The notes beneath the pieces are model-generated. The model saw nothing but the letters and a program-made list of their open reading frames with translations. It was not told where the DNA came from and searched no databases. A program made the translations under genes and the position numbers. Shown here in pieces: positions 9,224 through 17,833 of a stretch of DNA of 64,000 bases; position 1 is the stretch's first letter, and the number at the start of each line of letters is the position of its first letter. Location: assembly GCA_030429765.1 (NCBI GenBank), contig JAUIER010000001.1:202877-266876 (forward strand). Reading direction: 5' to 3'. Origin of the DNA: a bacterium (GTDB taxonomy: Bacteria; Omnitrophota; Gorgyraeia; Zapsychrales; Zapsychraceae).

Positions 9224-10384
9224 TTGTCAAAGCAGTCAACTTTCATCTCCGATACGCATGCGGCGCAGTTAGTCGCGATTTTTGCGAATGAAATCCGTGC
9301 CTTCCTGCAGTATCTGGCCAGTTCCATCAAGTATTCGACCTTATCCAGAGTTGACAATAACCAGACAATTTTGTCACAAGTTGAATCAGCCATTGTCGGC
9401 AATGTGAAGACATTCTTGGCCCATCCTGAGCGGTTTTCGGATCGTCAGCTGGTAGAACACGGGATGGACTTTAACAAAGCGTTGGAGCATCCGATCCGAA
9501 TTGAGGTGAGAACGCTTCCGGAGGTTTCCGGATGCGCCCAAATCGCGGTGCGCGGTATTTGCGGCGATTTCCGGCGCGAGGCGCTGGACCGCATTGCGCA
9601 AACTGATCTTTTGAAGTCGGGATCGTTTTATTTGCGAGTATCCGGCAGCGCGTCATTTGAGATCAATCAGGCTGGGGTGGACAAATCCCTGCCGATTCGA
9701 TACCTGCGGCACAAATGGCCGCAGATCCTCAGAACGATCAAGTATAAGCCCGGCGAACAGCTCGATTGCAGTCAAAGTCTCACTGTTATCACGGCGGACG
9801 GGGATGGAACCACATTTTCCGGGCCGAGCCTATCGCAGGCCCCGACGATCAGGACCAGTCAGGCGTATCCAGCCATATTGGAGTATCTGAAACGCGGAGG
9901 GATCTATGTGATTATCTCGGGCAATCATCTGCAGCGGACGGTGTCCCGGGTCAAAGGAATGGTGCCGGATGAACTGATTGGCCGGATTATGATTGCCGCT
10001 AACGGCGGGGCCAATATGGTTTATTTCGACCAAAAAGGCGATGTCTGGGAACTGAAGGACTATCGTGAGAACGCGCTCAAGACAGTTCAGGCGGCCGATA
10101 GCGGGCATGATCTGGATATGATCTACATCGGAGATGACGGTCGACAGAGCGGCAATGACCGGGAGGCCTTTGAGGCCGTCGGGTATGGACGTTCGATTTT
10201 GGTAGCGAAGACAGTAACCGATGATATAATACCTGACCTTAAGGAACGCTACGTAGGCGGACTGGAGGGAGGTACACGAAAAGTGCTCGAGGCCGTAAAT
10301 CAGCGAATCGACCAAAATCCGCGGCAACGCGTTTTTACCGATGAGAATTATCGCGATTTGATCCAGGGAGTCCAATCCGGTTAG
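9224..10384 (+). CDS. HAD-superfamily hydrolase-like protein with N-terminal domain of unknown function
   Basis: 386 aa. HAD motif I-like 'VITADGDGTTF'. Motif IV-like 'IGDDGRQSGND'. N-terminal ~180 aa not recognisable. Confidence 0.4.
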   Translation: MSKQSTFISDTHAAQLVAIFANEIRAFLQYLASSIKYSTLSRVDNNQTILSQVESAIVGNVKTFLAHPERFSDRQLVEHGMDFNKALEHPIRIEVRTLPEVSGCAQIAVRGICGDFRREALDRIAQTDLLKSGSFYLRVSGSASFEINQAGVDKSLPIRYLRHKWPQILRTIKYKPGEQLDCSQSLTVITADGDGTTFSGPSLSQAPTIRTSQAYPAILEYLKRGGIYVIISGNHLQRTVSRVKGMVPDELIGRIMIAANGGANMVYFDQKGDVWELKDYRENALKTVQAADSGHDLDMIYIGDDGRQSGNDREAFEAVGYGRSILVAKTVTDDIIPDLKERYVGGLEGGTRKVLEAVNQRIDQNPRQRVFTDENYRDLIQGVQSG

Positions 10385-10386
10385 AT

Positions 10387-10848
10387 ATGTTAGCCTCAAC
10401 ACTGTGCTATTTGAAGCGTGACGGAAAGACCTTGATGTTGCATCGCAACAAGCGCGACGCGGATGTACACAAGGGCAAGTACAACGGCTTGGGCGGCAAA
10501 TTTCACCCGGGAGAGTCCCCGGAGGATTGTGTGATCCGAGAAGTCCGGGAAGAATCCGGACTCACGATGAAGAATCCCAGGCTACGCGGCGTGATGACAT
10601 TTCCTGAATTCAAGGATCAGGAGGATTGGATCGTCTTCCTATTCACGGCCACGGAGTTCGAAGGAAATCTTGAGGAATGCGATGAAGGGGAGCTGGAGTG
10701 GATCGACGACCAGAAACTTTCTGAGCTGCGTCTTTGGGAGGGCGATAAGTATTTTTTGTCTTGGTTGGAGCAGGAAAAATTTTTCTCCGCCAAGTTTTGT
10801 TATAGAGATGGTCAATTAATCGATCACGAGGTTACTTTTTACCATTGA
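10387..10848 (+). CDS. NUDIX hydrolase (MutT-like)
   Basis: Nudix box 'GGKFHPGESPEDCVIREVREESGL'. Confidence 0.85.
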   Translation: MLASTLCYLKRDGKTLMLHRNKRDADVHKGKYNGLGGKFHPGESPEDCVIREVREESGLTMKNPRLRGVMTFPEFKDQEDWIVFLFTATEFEGNLEECDEGELEWIDDQKLSELRLWEGDKYFLSWLEQEKFFSAKFCYRDGQLIDHEVTFYH

Positions 10849-10895
10849 AGAAAATTTTCAAAAAGCTTCGCGCTTTTTTCATAAAGGAGAACACG

Positions 10896-11828
10896 ATGAG
10901 TTCAATTACGCCATCAGAAGACCGCATCTTGGCATGTGACATCAAGGATGAAACCGGATTAAATGATTTTCACCAACTACCGGATTTGTTCGGAATCGAT
11001 ATCGATAAAGTCGGGATCAACCGTTTCCGTATTCCGATGAACTATAAAAGTGAAGACGGCAGTTTGATCAATCACGACACGGAAGCGAGCATGTACATTC
11101 ACTTTCCCAAGGGTAAGGCCGGAATCAATATGAGCCGGCTGTATCAGTTTCTGCAGGAAGAAGCGGCCAAAATGCATGTGAGTACCAAATTTTTTGAAAG
11201 TATCCTGAACCGTTACCGATCGGACATGCGCGACGAAGATACGGACCCGCTATTCAAGAAATCCTACCTAAAATTGCGTTTTAAATACGCGCTCAAGCAA
11301 AAATCACTGAAGAGCGATCGATGGGGCTGGCAGTACTACAACTGTATTCTGGAAGGTCAGAATGACGAAGGTGAATTAAAGCTGTTTTTAACGGTTTGTT
11401 ATGAATATTCGTCAACTTGTCCATGCAGTTTGTCGATGTCCAAGCAATATGAATATGAGCATTCATCGAATAAAACTGAAGAGGGTAACGGTATGGCCGT
11501 TCCGCATAGCCAGCGCTCGGAAGCCCGGGTGACCGTTCAGCTCAAGGATATTGAACAATTCTTTATCGCTGACCTCGTCCAATTGCTTCGCAAGGCCATT
11601 CCAACCGAGACGCAAAGCTTTGTGAAGCGAGTTGATGAACAGGCGTTTGCGTTGCTCAATGCGCAAAATCCGATGTTTGTCGAGCACGCGACGCGTCGTT
11701 TGAGCGAAGCGCTTAATTCGGAAGACAAGATTATCGACTGGGTCGCCAGCGTGGAGCACTGGGAATCACTGCACAGCCATAACGCGGTCGCCGTTATCCG
11801 AAAAAATCACACCGGTGGTCTCAAGTAA
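10896..11828 (+). CDS. folE2: GTP cyclohydrolase FolE2/MptA family
   Basis: FolE2-like 'GINRFRIPM', 'HFPKGKAGINMSRL', conserved Cys cluster 'CPCSLS'. Start chosen at 'MSSIT' after an AGGAG RBS; the ORF track starts 51 nt upstream. Confidence 0.65.
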   Translation: MSSITPSEDRILACDIKDETGLNDFHQLPDLFGIDIDKVGINRFRIPMNYKSEDGSLINHDTEASMYIHFPKGKAGINMSRLYQFLQEEAAKMHVSTKFFESILNRYRSDMRDEDTDPLFKKSYLKLRFKYALKQKSLKSDRWGWQYYNCILEGQNDEGELKLFLTVCYEYSSTCPCSLSMSKQYEYEHSSNKTEEGNGMAVPHSQRSEARVTVQLKDIEQFFIADLVQLLRKAIPTETQSFVKRVDEQAFALLNAQNPMFVEHATRRLSEALNSEDKIIDWVASVEHWESLHSHNAVAVIRKNHTGGLK

Positions 11829-11830
11829 GA

Positions 11831-12361
11831 ATGTCGGATCCCGCGAAATCTTCTCCATCGGTTCATCAGCACAAATCGCAAGCAGATAAGCGAGGCGTGA
11901 TCCGTTGCGCTGTCGTCACGGTTAGCGATTCGCGGACGCCGGAAACCGACATCAGCGGTCAGTACCTATGTGAGAAGATTACGGCAGAAAGTCATCAGGT
12001 GATCGGGTATCATATTGTCAAGGACGAGCCCAAGGATATCAGTGAAATTTTGGCCCGCTTGACGGAATCGGTGATGGATGCAGTGATCTTTAACGGCGGC
12101 ACCGGTATTTCGGGGCGTGACCGGACTTATGATGTGATTGAATCCCGGCTGGACAAGCGATTGCCGGGATTCGGCGAGCTTTTCCGTATGCTTAGTTACC
12201 AGGATATCGGCACGGCCGCGATGCTGTCACGGGCGTGCGCCGGCGTTTATCAAAACACGGTTATCATCTCGATTCCCGGATCACCCAATGCTGTAAAGCT
12301 GGCCTGGACAAAGCTTATCGCTCCGGAACTTAAACATATGGTTTGGGAAATTTTACGTTAG
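11831..12361 (+). CDS. moaB: molybdenum cofactor biosynthesis protein MoaB/MogA family
   Basis: 'VVTVSDSRT', 'GGTGISGRDRTYDV', 'GSPNAV' motifs. Confidence 0.8.
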   Translation: MSDPAKSSPSVHQHKSQADKRGVIRCAVVTVSDSRTPETDISGQYLCEKITAESHQVIGYHIVKDEPKDISEILARLTESVMDAVIFNGGTGISGRDRTYDVIESRLDKRLPGFGELFRMLSYQDIGTAAMLSRACAGVYQNTVIISIPGSPNAVKLAWTKLIAPELKHMVWEILR

Positions 12362-12376
12362 AAAGGATCAACGGTC

Positions 12377-12925
12377 ATGATATTATCCGGTTTGGAAATC
12401 AAAAAACGTTTGGGTAAAGATATTTTCATCGATCCTTTTGACGACGCTCAGCTCAACACCAACAGCTACAATCTTAAACTTCACAACAAGGTTCTGATTT
12501 ACGAAGATGATGTGCTCGATATGAAAAAAGAGAACCGCGCAGTGGAGCATACGGTTCCTGAAGATGGATTACTGCTTCAAACCGGCCAGCTGTATTTAGG
12601 CCGTACGGTTGAGCACACACGCACCGAGAATTTTGTACCGATGCTGGAAGGGCGATCATCCATCGGCCGACTGGGATTGTTTGTGCACGTAACGGCCGGT
12701 TTCGGCGACGTTGGTTTTTCCGGTTACTGGACACTGGAAATGTTCTGCGTCAAACCGATCCGGATTTATCCAGGTATCGAGATCTGCCAAATATTCTTCC
12801 ACAGTATCGAGGGTGATTTCGAACGCTACGTCAGTAACAAATATCAAAACAATACCGGTGTGCAGCCCAGCCTGCTGTACAAAGATTTCCAGAAAGTTTC
12901 AGAGACGGCATCACCACCTAAATAA
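12377..12925 (+). CDS. dcd: dCTP deaminase
   Basis: 'MILSGLEIKKRL', 'GRSSIGRLGLFVHVTAG' dUTPase-fold motifs. 182 aa. Confidence 0.85.
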   Translation: MILSGLEIKKRLGKDIFIDPFDDAQLNTNSYNLKLHNKVLIYEDDVLDMKKENRAVEHTVPEDGLLLQTGQLYLGRTVEHTRTENFVPMLEGRSSIGRLGLFVHVTAGFGDVGFSGYWTLEMFCVKPIRIYPGIEICQIFFHSIEGDFERYVSNKYQNNTGVQPSLLYKDFQKVSETASPPK

Positions 12926-13327
12926 ATGGATCTAGATCGTTTATACAAAAATTTTGAGGTCCTCGACAATTGGCAGGATCGTTATCGCTACATTATTGAG
13001 CTCGGTAAGAAAATTCCGCAACTGGACGAAGCGGATAAGACCGAAGAAAATCGAGTGTACGGCTGTGTCAGTACCGTGCATCTGAAGATCAATCCCAGCC
13101 AAGATGATCCTGTGAAGATTCACTTTATCGCCAACAGCGATGCGATGATTGTCAATGGCCTGATCGCGATCATGCGTATCATTTACGACGGAAAGACAAT
13201 CGACGAGATCAAGGCGGTGGATATTGAAGCTATATTCAAGAAGTTGGGCCTGGAGGGGCATCTGAGTCCCAACCGTCGCAACGGATTCTTCTCGATGGCC
13301 GAGAAGCTGCGGACATTGAAATTATAA
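12926..13327 (+). CDS. sufE: SufE-like sulfur acceptor protein
   Basis: 'NWQDRYRYIIELG' and conserved Cys in 'NRVYGCVSTVHL'. Confidence 0.75.
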   Translation: MDLDRLYKNFEVLDNWQDRYRYIIELGKKIPQLDEADKTEENRVYGCVSTVHLKINPSQDDPVKIHFIANSDAMIVNGLIAIMRIIYDGKTIDEIKAVDIEAIFKKLGLEGHLSPNRRNGFFSMAEKLRTLKL

Positions 13328-13403
13328 CGCGCTTGTATCACGGTGTTAGTTTGATAAAATTATAGAGTAATCATTAACAATACGTCTGAATCAGGAGGAC
13401 GCC

Positions 13404-13823
13404 ATGAATAAAATCATTTTAACCACACTTGTTGTTGGGCTGATGACGTACGGATGTGAAACGCTGGATACGGATACCAAACGCGGCGCGGCCGGAGGGG
13501 CATTAGCAGGGGCTACCATTGGCGGGATCGTCGGACATCAGGATCGTCATGGCGGCGAAGGCGCGGCGATCGGAGCAGCGGCTGGAGCATTAGCCGGTGG
13601 GTTGATGGGAAATGCGCTCGACAAAAAGGGCGCGTCGGCGGCCGGGTATCTCTCGATTGTTGACATTGCCGACATGGCCCAAAAGGGCGTGCCGGGGAAT
13701 ATTATCGTCGACGAGATTCGCCGGACAAAGTCGACGTATGATCTGAATCTTGAACAAATCGATTTCCTCAAATCCCGAGGGGTGGACGGATTTGTCATCG
13801 ACTATATGCTGGAGACCATGTAA
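13404..13823 (+). CDS. lipoprotein with glycine-zipper region and C-terminal globular domain
   Basis: Signal plus Cys ('LMTYGC'). Gly-zipper 'GAAGGALAGATIGGIVG ... GAAIGAAAGALAGGLMG'. Confidence 0.5.
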   Translation: MNKIILTTLVVGLMTYGCETLDTDTKRGAAGGALAGATIGGIVGHQDRHGGEGAAIGAAAGALAGGLMGNALDKKGASAAGYLSIVDIADMAQKGVPGNIIVDEIRRTKSTYDLNLEQIDFLKSRGVDGFVIDYMLETM

Positions 13824-14092
13824 TGGGTATTGATAAAGATCTCTTGGATATCCTGGCCTGTCCGGAAACCAAAAAAAATCTGGAACCGGCCGACGACGCC
13901 CAATTGGCTAAGATCAATGCGGCCATCAGTGCCGGACAACTGATCAACAAGTCGGGTCAGAAAGTTTCAGAGCCGCTACAGTCGGCTTTGTTTCGGGCGG
14001 GAGATTTAACGGCCGTATATCCGGTTCGTGAGAATATTCCGATTCTGCTGGTCGATGAACTGATCGTACTTGATCAATTGCTCACTCAATAG
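13823..14092 (+). CDS. Trm112/YcaR (UPF0434) family protein
   Basis: 'LLDILACPETKKNLE' ... 'ENIPILLVDELI'. 89 aa. ATGA overlap with the upstream gene. Confidence 0.7.
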   Translation: MGIDKDLLDILACPETKKNLEPADDAQLAKINAAISAGQLINKSGQKVSEPLQSALFRAGDLTAVYPVRENIPILLVDELIVLDQLLTQ

Positions 14093-14104
14093 CCGGAGGC
14101 GGTT

Positions 14105-14443
14105 ATGCCTTTTTACGATTATTATTGTGCGGCCAATCAACAGACGGTTGAGGTGCAGCACTCAACGACAGTGACGCTTAAAACGTGGAAAGACGTCTGT
14201 GAAAACGCGGATCTTCCTTTAGGCGATACGTCGCCGGACAGTCCCGTGGAACGGCTGATTTCGGCCCCGCAGGTCAAGACGACTATGGGCGACTCGCGGC
14301 TCAAGGAATTGGGTTTTACCAAATTGGTCAAGCGGGACCAGGGCGTGTATGAGAATGTCACGGCCACCGGTCACGAAAAAAAATATGTACGGGCGGACGA
14401 TCCGACCAGTATGCCGGATTTTAAAAAGAAGATCGGCGACTAG
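14105..14443 (+). CDS. FmdB-like zinc-ribbon family protein with degenerate Cys motifs
   Basis: 'MPFYDYYC...VERLISAP' resembles the FmdB N-terminus, but both CxxC pairs are not intact. Confidence 0.35.
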   Translation: MPFYDYYCAANQQTVEVQHSTTVTLKTWKDVCENADLPLGDTSPDSPVERLISAPQVKTTMGDSRLKELGFTKLVKRDQGVYENVTATGHEKKYVRADDPTSMPDFKKKIGD

Positions 14444-14475
14444 GTTGGTTCCGGTTTGTTGGCGACGCGCCGAAT

Positions 14476-15336
14476 TTGAATAAATGTATGGACGCTTTCC
14501 TTTCATGGTGGCAACACCTTCCCGAAACAATTAATCCTGTCTTATTTGAGATTGGTTCGATCCAGATCCGCTACTACGGATTGATGTATTTAACATCGTT
14601 TCTCGTGGTGTACTTAATGCTGGGCTATCGTATCAAGCGTGAAAAGTTTTCCTACACGTCGGACCAGTGTGAAGATTATATCGTGTGGGCGATCATCGGG
14701 GCTTTGGTCGGCGGGAGGATCGGATATGTCCTGTTCTATGATTTCGCGTACTTTATTGAACATCCGATTCAGGTATTTTGGCCTTTCCGGAAGGTCGACG
14801 GCGAACAAATCGTCGGTATCAGCGGTTTGTCGTATCACGGCGGGCTGATTGGCGTCTTTGTTGCCACACAGTGGTTTTGTTTTAAGGAAAAAATACAGTT
14901 CTGGAAGTTTGTCGATTTCTTTATTCCGGTGGTTCCGTTAGGTTATACGTTCGGGCGCATCGGGAATTTTTTAAACGGAGAGTTGTACGGCCGTGTCACA
15001 CAAGTTCCGTGGGGGATGTATTTTCCCGGGGCGGGCAGTTATGAATTGCGGCATCCGTCCCAGCTGTATGAGGCGTTGCTAGAGGGCATTGTGTTGTTTA
15101 CCGTGCTGTGGAGTTTGCGGCATCGCGAGTTATTTGATGGCTGGTTATTCTGGGTTTACGTGATGGGATATGGTGTGGTGCGGTTCTTGATCGAGTACGT
15201 GCGAGAACCGGACCGGCATCTGGGCTTGATCGCGTTCAATCTCTCGATGGGACAGATTTTGTGCCTGGTCATGATTATCATACCGGCCGTGGTGCTTCTG
15301 GTGAAATCAAAAACCGCAAAAGGTGAGCGAGGATAG
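14476..15336 (+). CDS. lgt: prolipoprotein diacylglyceryl transferase
   Basis: Lgt signature 'GGRIGYVLFYD', 'SYHGGLIGV', 'GRIGNFLNGELYGR', 'HPSQLYEALLEG'. Confidence 0.85.
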   Translation: MNKCMDAFLSWWQHLPETINPVLFEIGSIQIRYYGLMYLTSFLVVYLMLGYRIKREKFSYTSDQCEDYIVWAIIGALVGGRIGYVLFYDFAYFIEHPIQVFWPFRKVDGEQIVGISGLSYHGGLIGVFVATQWFCFKEKIQFWKFVDFFIPVVPLGYTFGRIGNFLNGELYGRVTQVPWGMYFPGAGSYELRHPSQLYEALLEGIVLFTVLWSLRHRELFDGWLFWVYVMGYGVVRFLIEYVREPDRHLGLIAFNLSMGQILCLVMIIIPAVVLLVKSKTAKGERG

Positions 15337-15337
15337 T

Positions 15338-15514
15338 ATGAAGATTGTCATTGAACATGAAGGTCACAAAGTGACATTACAGGATGAAACAATCGTGGAT
15401 ATATGCGATGCCATTGATTTAGCGGAACAGGCATTGATCGGAGTTGGATACGATCCTGAACGTTTGCAGGGGGCATTCCTGGTAAAGGCCCGGCAAATCG
15501 AGGGGACACTTTAA
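15338..15514 (+). CDS. small hypothetical protein (58 aa)
   Basis: ATG 7 nt after a GAGG. Coupled to the end of lgt. No recognisable motif. Confidence 0.3.
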   Translation: MKIVIEHEGHKVTLQDETIVDICDAIDLAEQALIGVGYDPERLQGAFLVKARQIEGTL

Positions 15515-15543
15515 AATATTTTTCTTTGATAAAACATTTCGGC

Positions 15544-15571
15544 TTGACAAAACGATTTTTGTGTGTATAAT
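15544..15571 (+). promoter_or_regulatory. near-consensus sigma70 promoter TTGACA-16-TATAAT
   Basis: TTGACA at 15544-15549 and TATAAT at 15566-15571. No ORF with an RBS follows before a terminator. Confidence 0.6.
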
Positions 15572-15575
15572 TTGA

Positions 15576-15664
15576 GTATAGTTGGTTGGCAAGGTTGTCA
15601 ACTCCAACGAAGTTTTCAGGACATTGATGCCCGAACATTTCAGATTGAAATGTCGGGTTTTTTT
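15576..15664 (+). ncRNA. candidate small RNA (~85-90 nt) between a consensus promoter and an intrinsic terminator
   Basis: Predicted TSS ~15576-15580. Internal hairpin 'GUUGGCAAGG/UUGUCAAC'. Ends in terminator 15630-15664. Non-coding. Confidence 0.4.
15630..15664 (+). terminator. rho-independent terminator
   Basis: Stem 'CCCGAACATTTC / GAAATGTCGGG' (one bulge), loop AGATT, then a 7-T run. Confidence 0.7.
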
Positions 15665-15730
15665 ATTAGGATGTATCCAAAAAATCATAAGTTCCTGAAA
15701 TTATGAGACATGCGACAAGTGAGCAACGAT

Positions 15731-15770
15731 GCTCCAGTCCTGCCCAACGGCAGAGCTGGGGCTTTTTTAT
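15731..15770 (+). terminator. second intrinsic terminator-like hairpin + U tract
   Basis: 'GCTCCAG...CTGGGGC' outer stem with inner 'CTGCC-CAAC-GGCAG' hairpin, followed by 'TTTTTTATT'. Confidence 0.5.
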
Positions 15771-15929
15771 TAACAACCAACGACCAGGAGTCCATATGAA
15801 CGAATCGATCCGAAAGACAGAAATGAGATTTCCCGAAGACATAGGCGTTCGTCAGATCATTCACGATCCGCGATTCGACTATATGCTGTTTCACTATTAC
15901 GAATGCAACTTTTATATGGTACTAAATTA

Positions 15930-16592
15930 ATGGAACGAACTGATTTTAATAACACAATCAAGCATCTGGACTCAAAATGGCCACACACCGGCGCGATATT
16001 TTTTGATGATTGCGGTTGCGGTGACGCGAAAGACCGAACGGCTAAGTATCTGCCCAACGGTATGTCGGTTGTCGAGTACTTGTACAGAACACTCAAATAT
16101 GTCTGCAAGGACGTCGTAGTGGTCGGAAACGCAGCCAGTATTCCAGATGAGCTATCCCATCTTAAACAGATTTCGATTAATTTTGACAGGGTCGGGCCGA
16201 TTGGTGGACTAGAAGCCTTATTAAGTTCCGGTCTGGATTCTGAATACCTCATCACGCCAAGTGAGGTGGGTCTCGTTGATTCCAAACTGTATCAACTGCT
16301 GACTCAACCGCATATCCAATCGCCGGCTATTTTAGCCAGCCCTCAAGTATCCCCCGGCGAAAACAAGCCATTTCCGCAGTCTATCGAGATAATCGACTAT
16401 CCGCAAATCGGGAGGTATTCAACGGACTCACTAATGAGTCTTCGCGAACAAATAATTGGTCAAAACTTTTGTATGCACCGATTGGCCCAGAGGTTGGACG
16501 CTGTCAAATTGATTATCCCTGAAGACCTGACATACGCATTGGCCAGTTCCGATTCCCCGCATGAACACGATGTGCTGTGCAATCTCAACTAG
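15930..16592 (+). CDS. MobA-like nucleotidyltransferase-fold protein (divergent, glycine loop degenerate)
   Basis: Layout 'GAIFFDDCGCGDAKDRTAKYLPNGMSVVEYLYRTL...VVVVGN' parallels MobA 'GVVLAGGRSSRMG..DK.LL...G..L..H', but the GGxSxRMG loop is replaced. Confidence 0.35.
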   Translation: MERTDFNNTIKHLDSKWPHTGAIFFDDCGCGDAKDRTAKYLPNGMSVVEYLYRTLKYVCKDVVVVGNAASIPDELSHLKQISINFDRVGPIGGLEALLSSGLDSEYLITPSEVGLVDSKLYQLLTQPHIQSPAILASPQVSPGENKPFPQSIEIIDYPQIGRYSTDSLMSLREQIIGQNFCMHRLAQRLDAVKLIIPEDLTYALASSDSPHEHDVLCNLN

Positions 16593-16682
16593 ACTGACCC
16601 AGTATTAGTTATTTCCCTTTTTGACAAATTCCGTGATCGGAGATAGACTATTTTCATTAGCAATGTCATATGGAAAAAGTAT

Positions 16683-17075
16683 ATGTCTGACTATCGAATT
16701 CTAGTGGTTGACGATGACGAAGATCATCGCTTTATCATCGGTGAGTGTCTGAAGGCCAAGGGTTTTACCAATCTATCCTTCGCGATTAGCGGCGAAGATG
16801 GTGTGGAGAAGGTTCGGGCCAATCCGCCCGACATTGTGCTGACAGATACCGATTTGGGCCGTATGGACGGTTTTGCTGTCTGTGAAACGGTCAAAAAAGA
16901 GTTTCCGCATATCAAAGTCGTGGTGATGACCGGGCATGCCGGCCATGTGAATTTTCCGGCCGCCCAGCGCGTGGGGGCCGATGAATACAAGGTCAAAACC
17001 GGTGACTGCGGCGAGATCATCTGGGGGTTACGCCGATGTGTGGCTGATCTCGATCAAAATCCTCCGAAGCAGTGA
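16683..17075 (+). CDS. stand-alone response-regulator receiver (CheY-like) protein
   Basis: 'ILVVDDDEDHRFIIGECL', 'DIVLTDTDLGRMDGF', 'KVVVMTGH'. 130 aa, no output domain. Confidence 0.75.
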   Translation: MSDYRILVVDDDEDHRFIIGECLKAKGFTNLSFAISGEDGVEKVRANPPDIVLTDTDLGRMDGFAVCETVKKEFPHIKVVVMTGHAGHVNFPAAQRVGADEYKVKTGDCGEIIWGLRRCVADLDQNPPKQ

Positions 17076-17212
17076 ATTTCCTCCGACATTCTCAAAATTT
17101 CCCCAAAATCGCCGAGTTCTGTTTTGACAAACCCGGGAATCAATATTAAACTGCAAAGAGGTACTTACACTGCTCCCAAACCCCCTTTACTTTATACAAA
17201 CGAAAGGCCAGT

Positions 17213-17833
17213 ATGAAACCCAGTGACATCGAATGTGTCGTATTTGATGTGGAGACAACAGGACTGTTTCCCAAAGATGGAGATCGGATTATTGAAATTG
17301 CCGCGGTTAAGGTGAAACGCGGTGAGATTGTCGATGAATTTGAATCATTTATCAATCCGGAACGGGAAATTCCTATTGAAGCCTCGCGTGTCAATAATAT
17401 CACCGATGATATGGTGGCCGACGCGCCGACGGCAGAGGATGTGTTGCCGAAGATGATCGATTTTGTCGGGGGGGCAAGTCTCGTCGGGCATAACGTAAAA
17501 TTTGACCTGGAATTTCTGTGTTTTCAATTATCCCAATGCGGGCGAAAATTACGCAGTGTGACGCCGGCCATCGACACTCTGAAGCTTTCACGCGGATTGA
17601 TCCCGCAGCTGAACCGTCATCGTCTAGAGAATGTCGCGCAGTATTTCGGCGTACAGATCGGAGATACACACCGCGCGTTAGCTGACGTTAAGCTCACAGT
17701 GGCTGTCCTAAATCGCCTTTTTGATCTCGCCGATCAGCAGGGATTTCAAACGGCCGACAAAATCTTCAAGCATTTTGGCGTTGAGAAGCCGAATTACAAG
17801 ATTCAAGACGTCAGTCAAGGATCGCTTTTCTAG
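17213..17833 (+). CDS. DEDDh 3'-5' exonuclease (DNA pol III epsilon/DnaQ-like)
   Basis: Exo I 'VVFDVETTGL', Exo II 'LVGHNVKFDLEFL', Exo III 'HRALADV'. Confidence 0.75.
   Translation: MKPSDIECVVFDVETTGLFPKDGDRIIEIAAVKVKRGEIVDEFESFINPEREIPIEASRVNNITDDMVADAPTAEDVLPKMIDFVGGASLVGHNVKFDLEFLCFQLSQCGRKLRSVTPAIDTLKLSRGLIPQLNRHRLENVAQYFGVQIGDTHRALADVKLTVAVLNRLFDLADQQGFQTADKIFKHFGVEKPNYKIQDVSQGSLF

Noticed and set aside
15703-15930. 75-aa ORF in the lgt / MobA-like intergenic region
   Set aside because: Spans an intrinsic terminator, lacks an RBS, and has Cys/His-rich low-complexity translation. The region is better explained as a non-coding promoter/terminator island.
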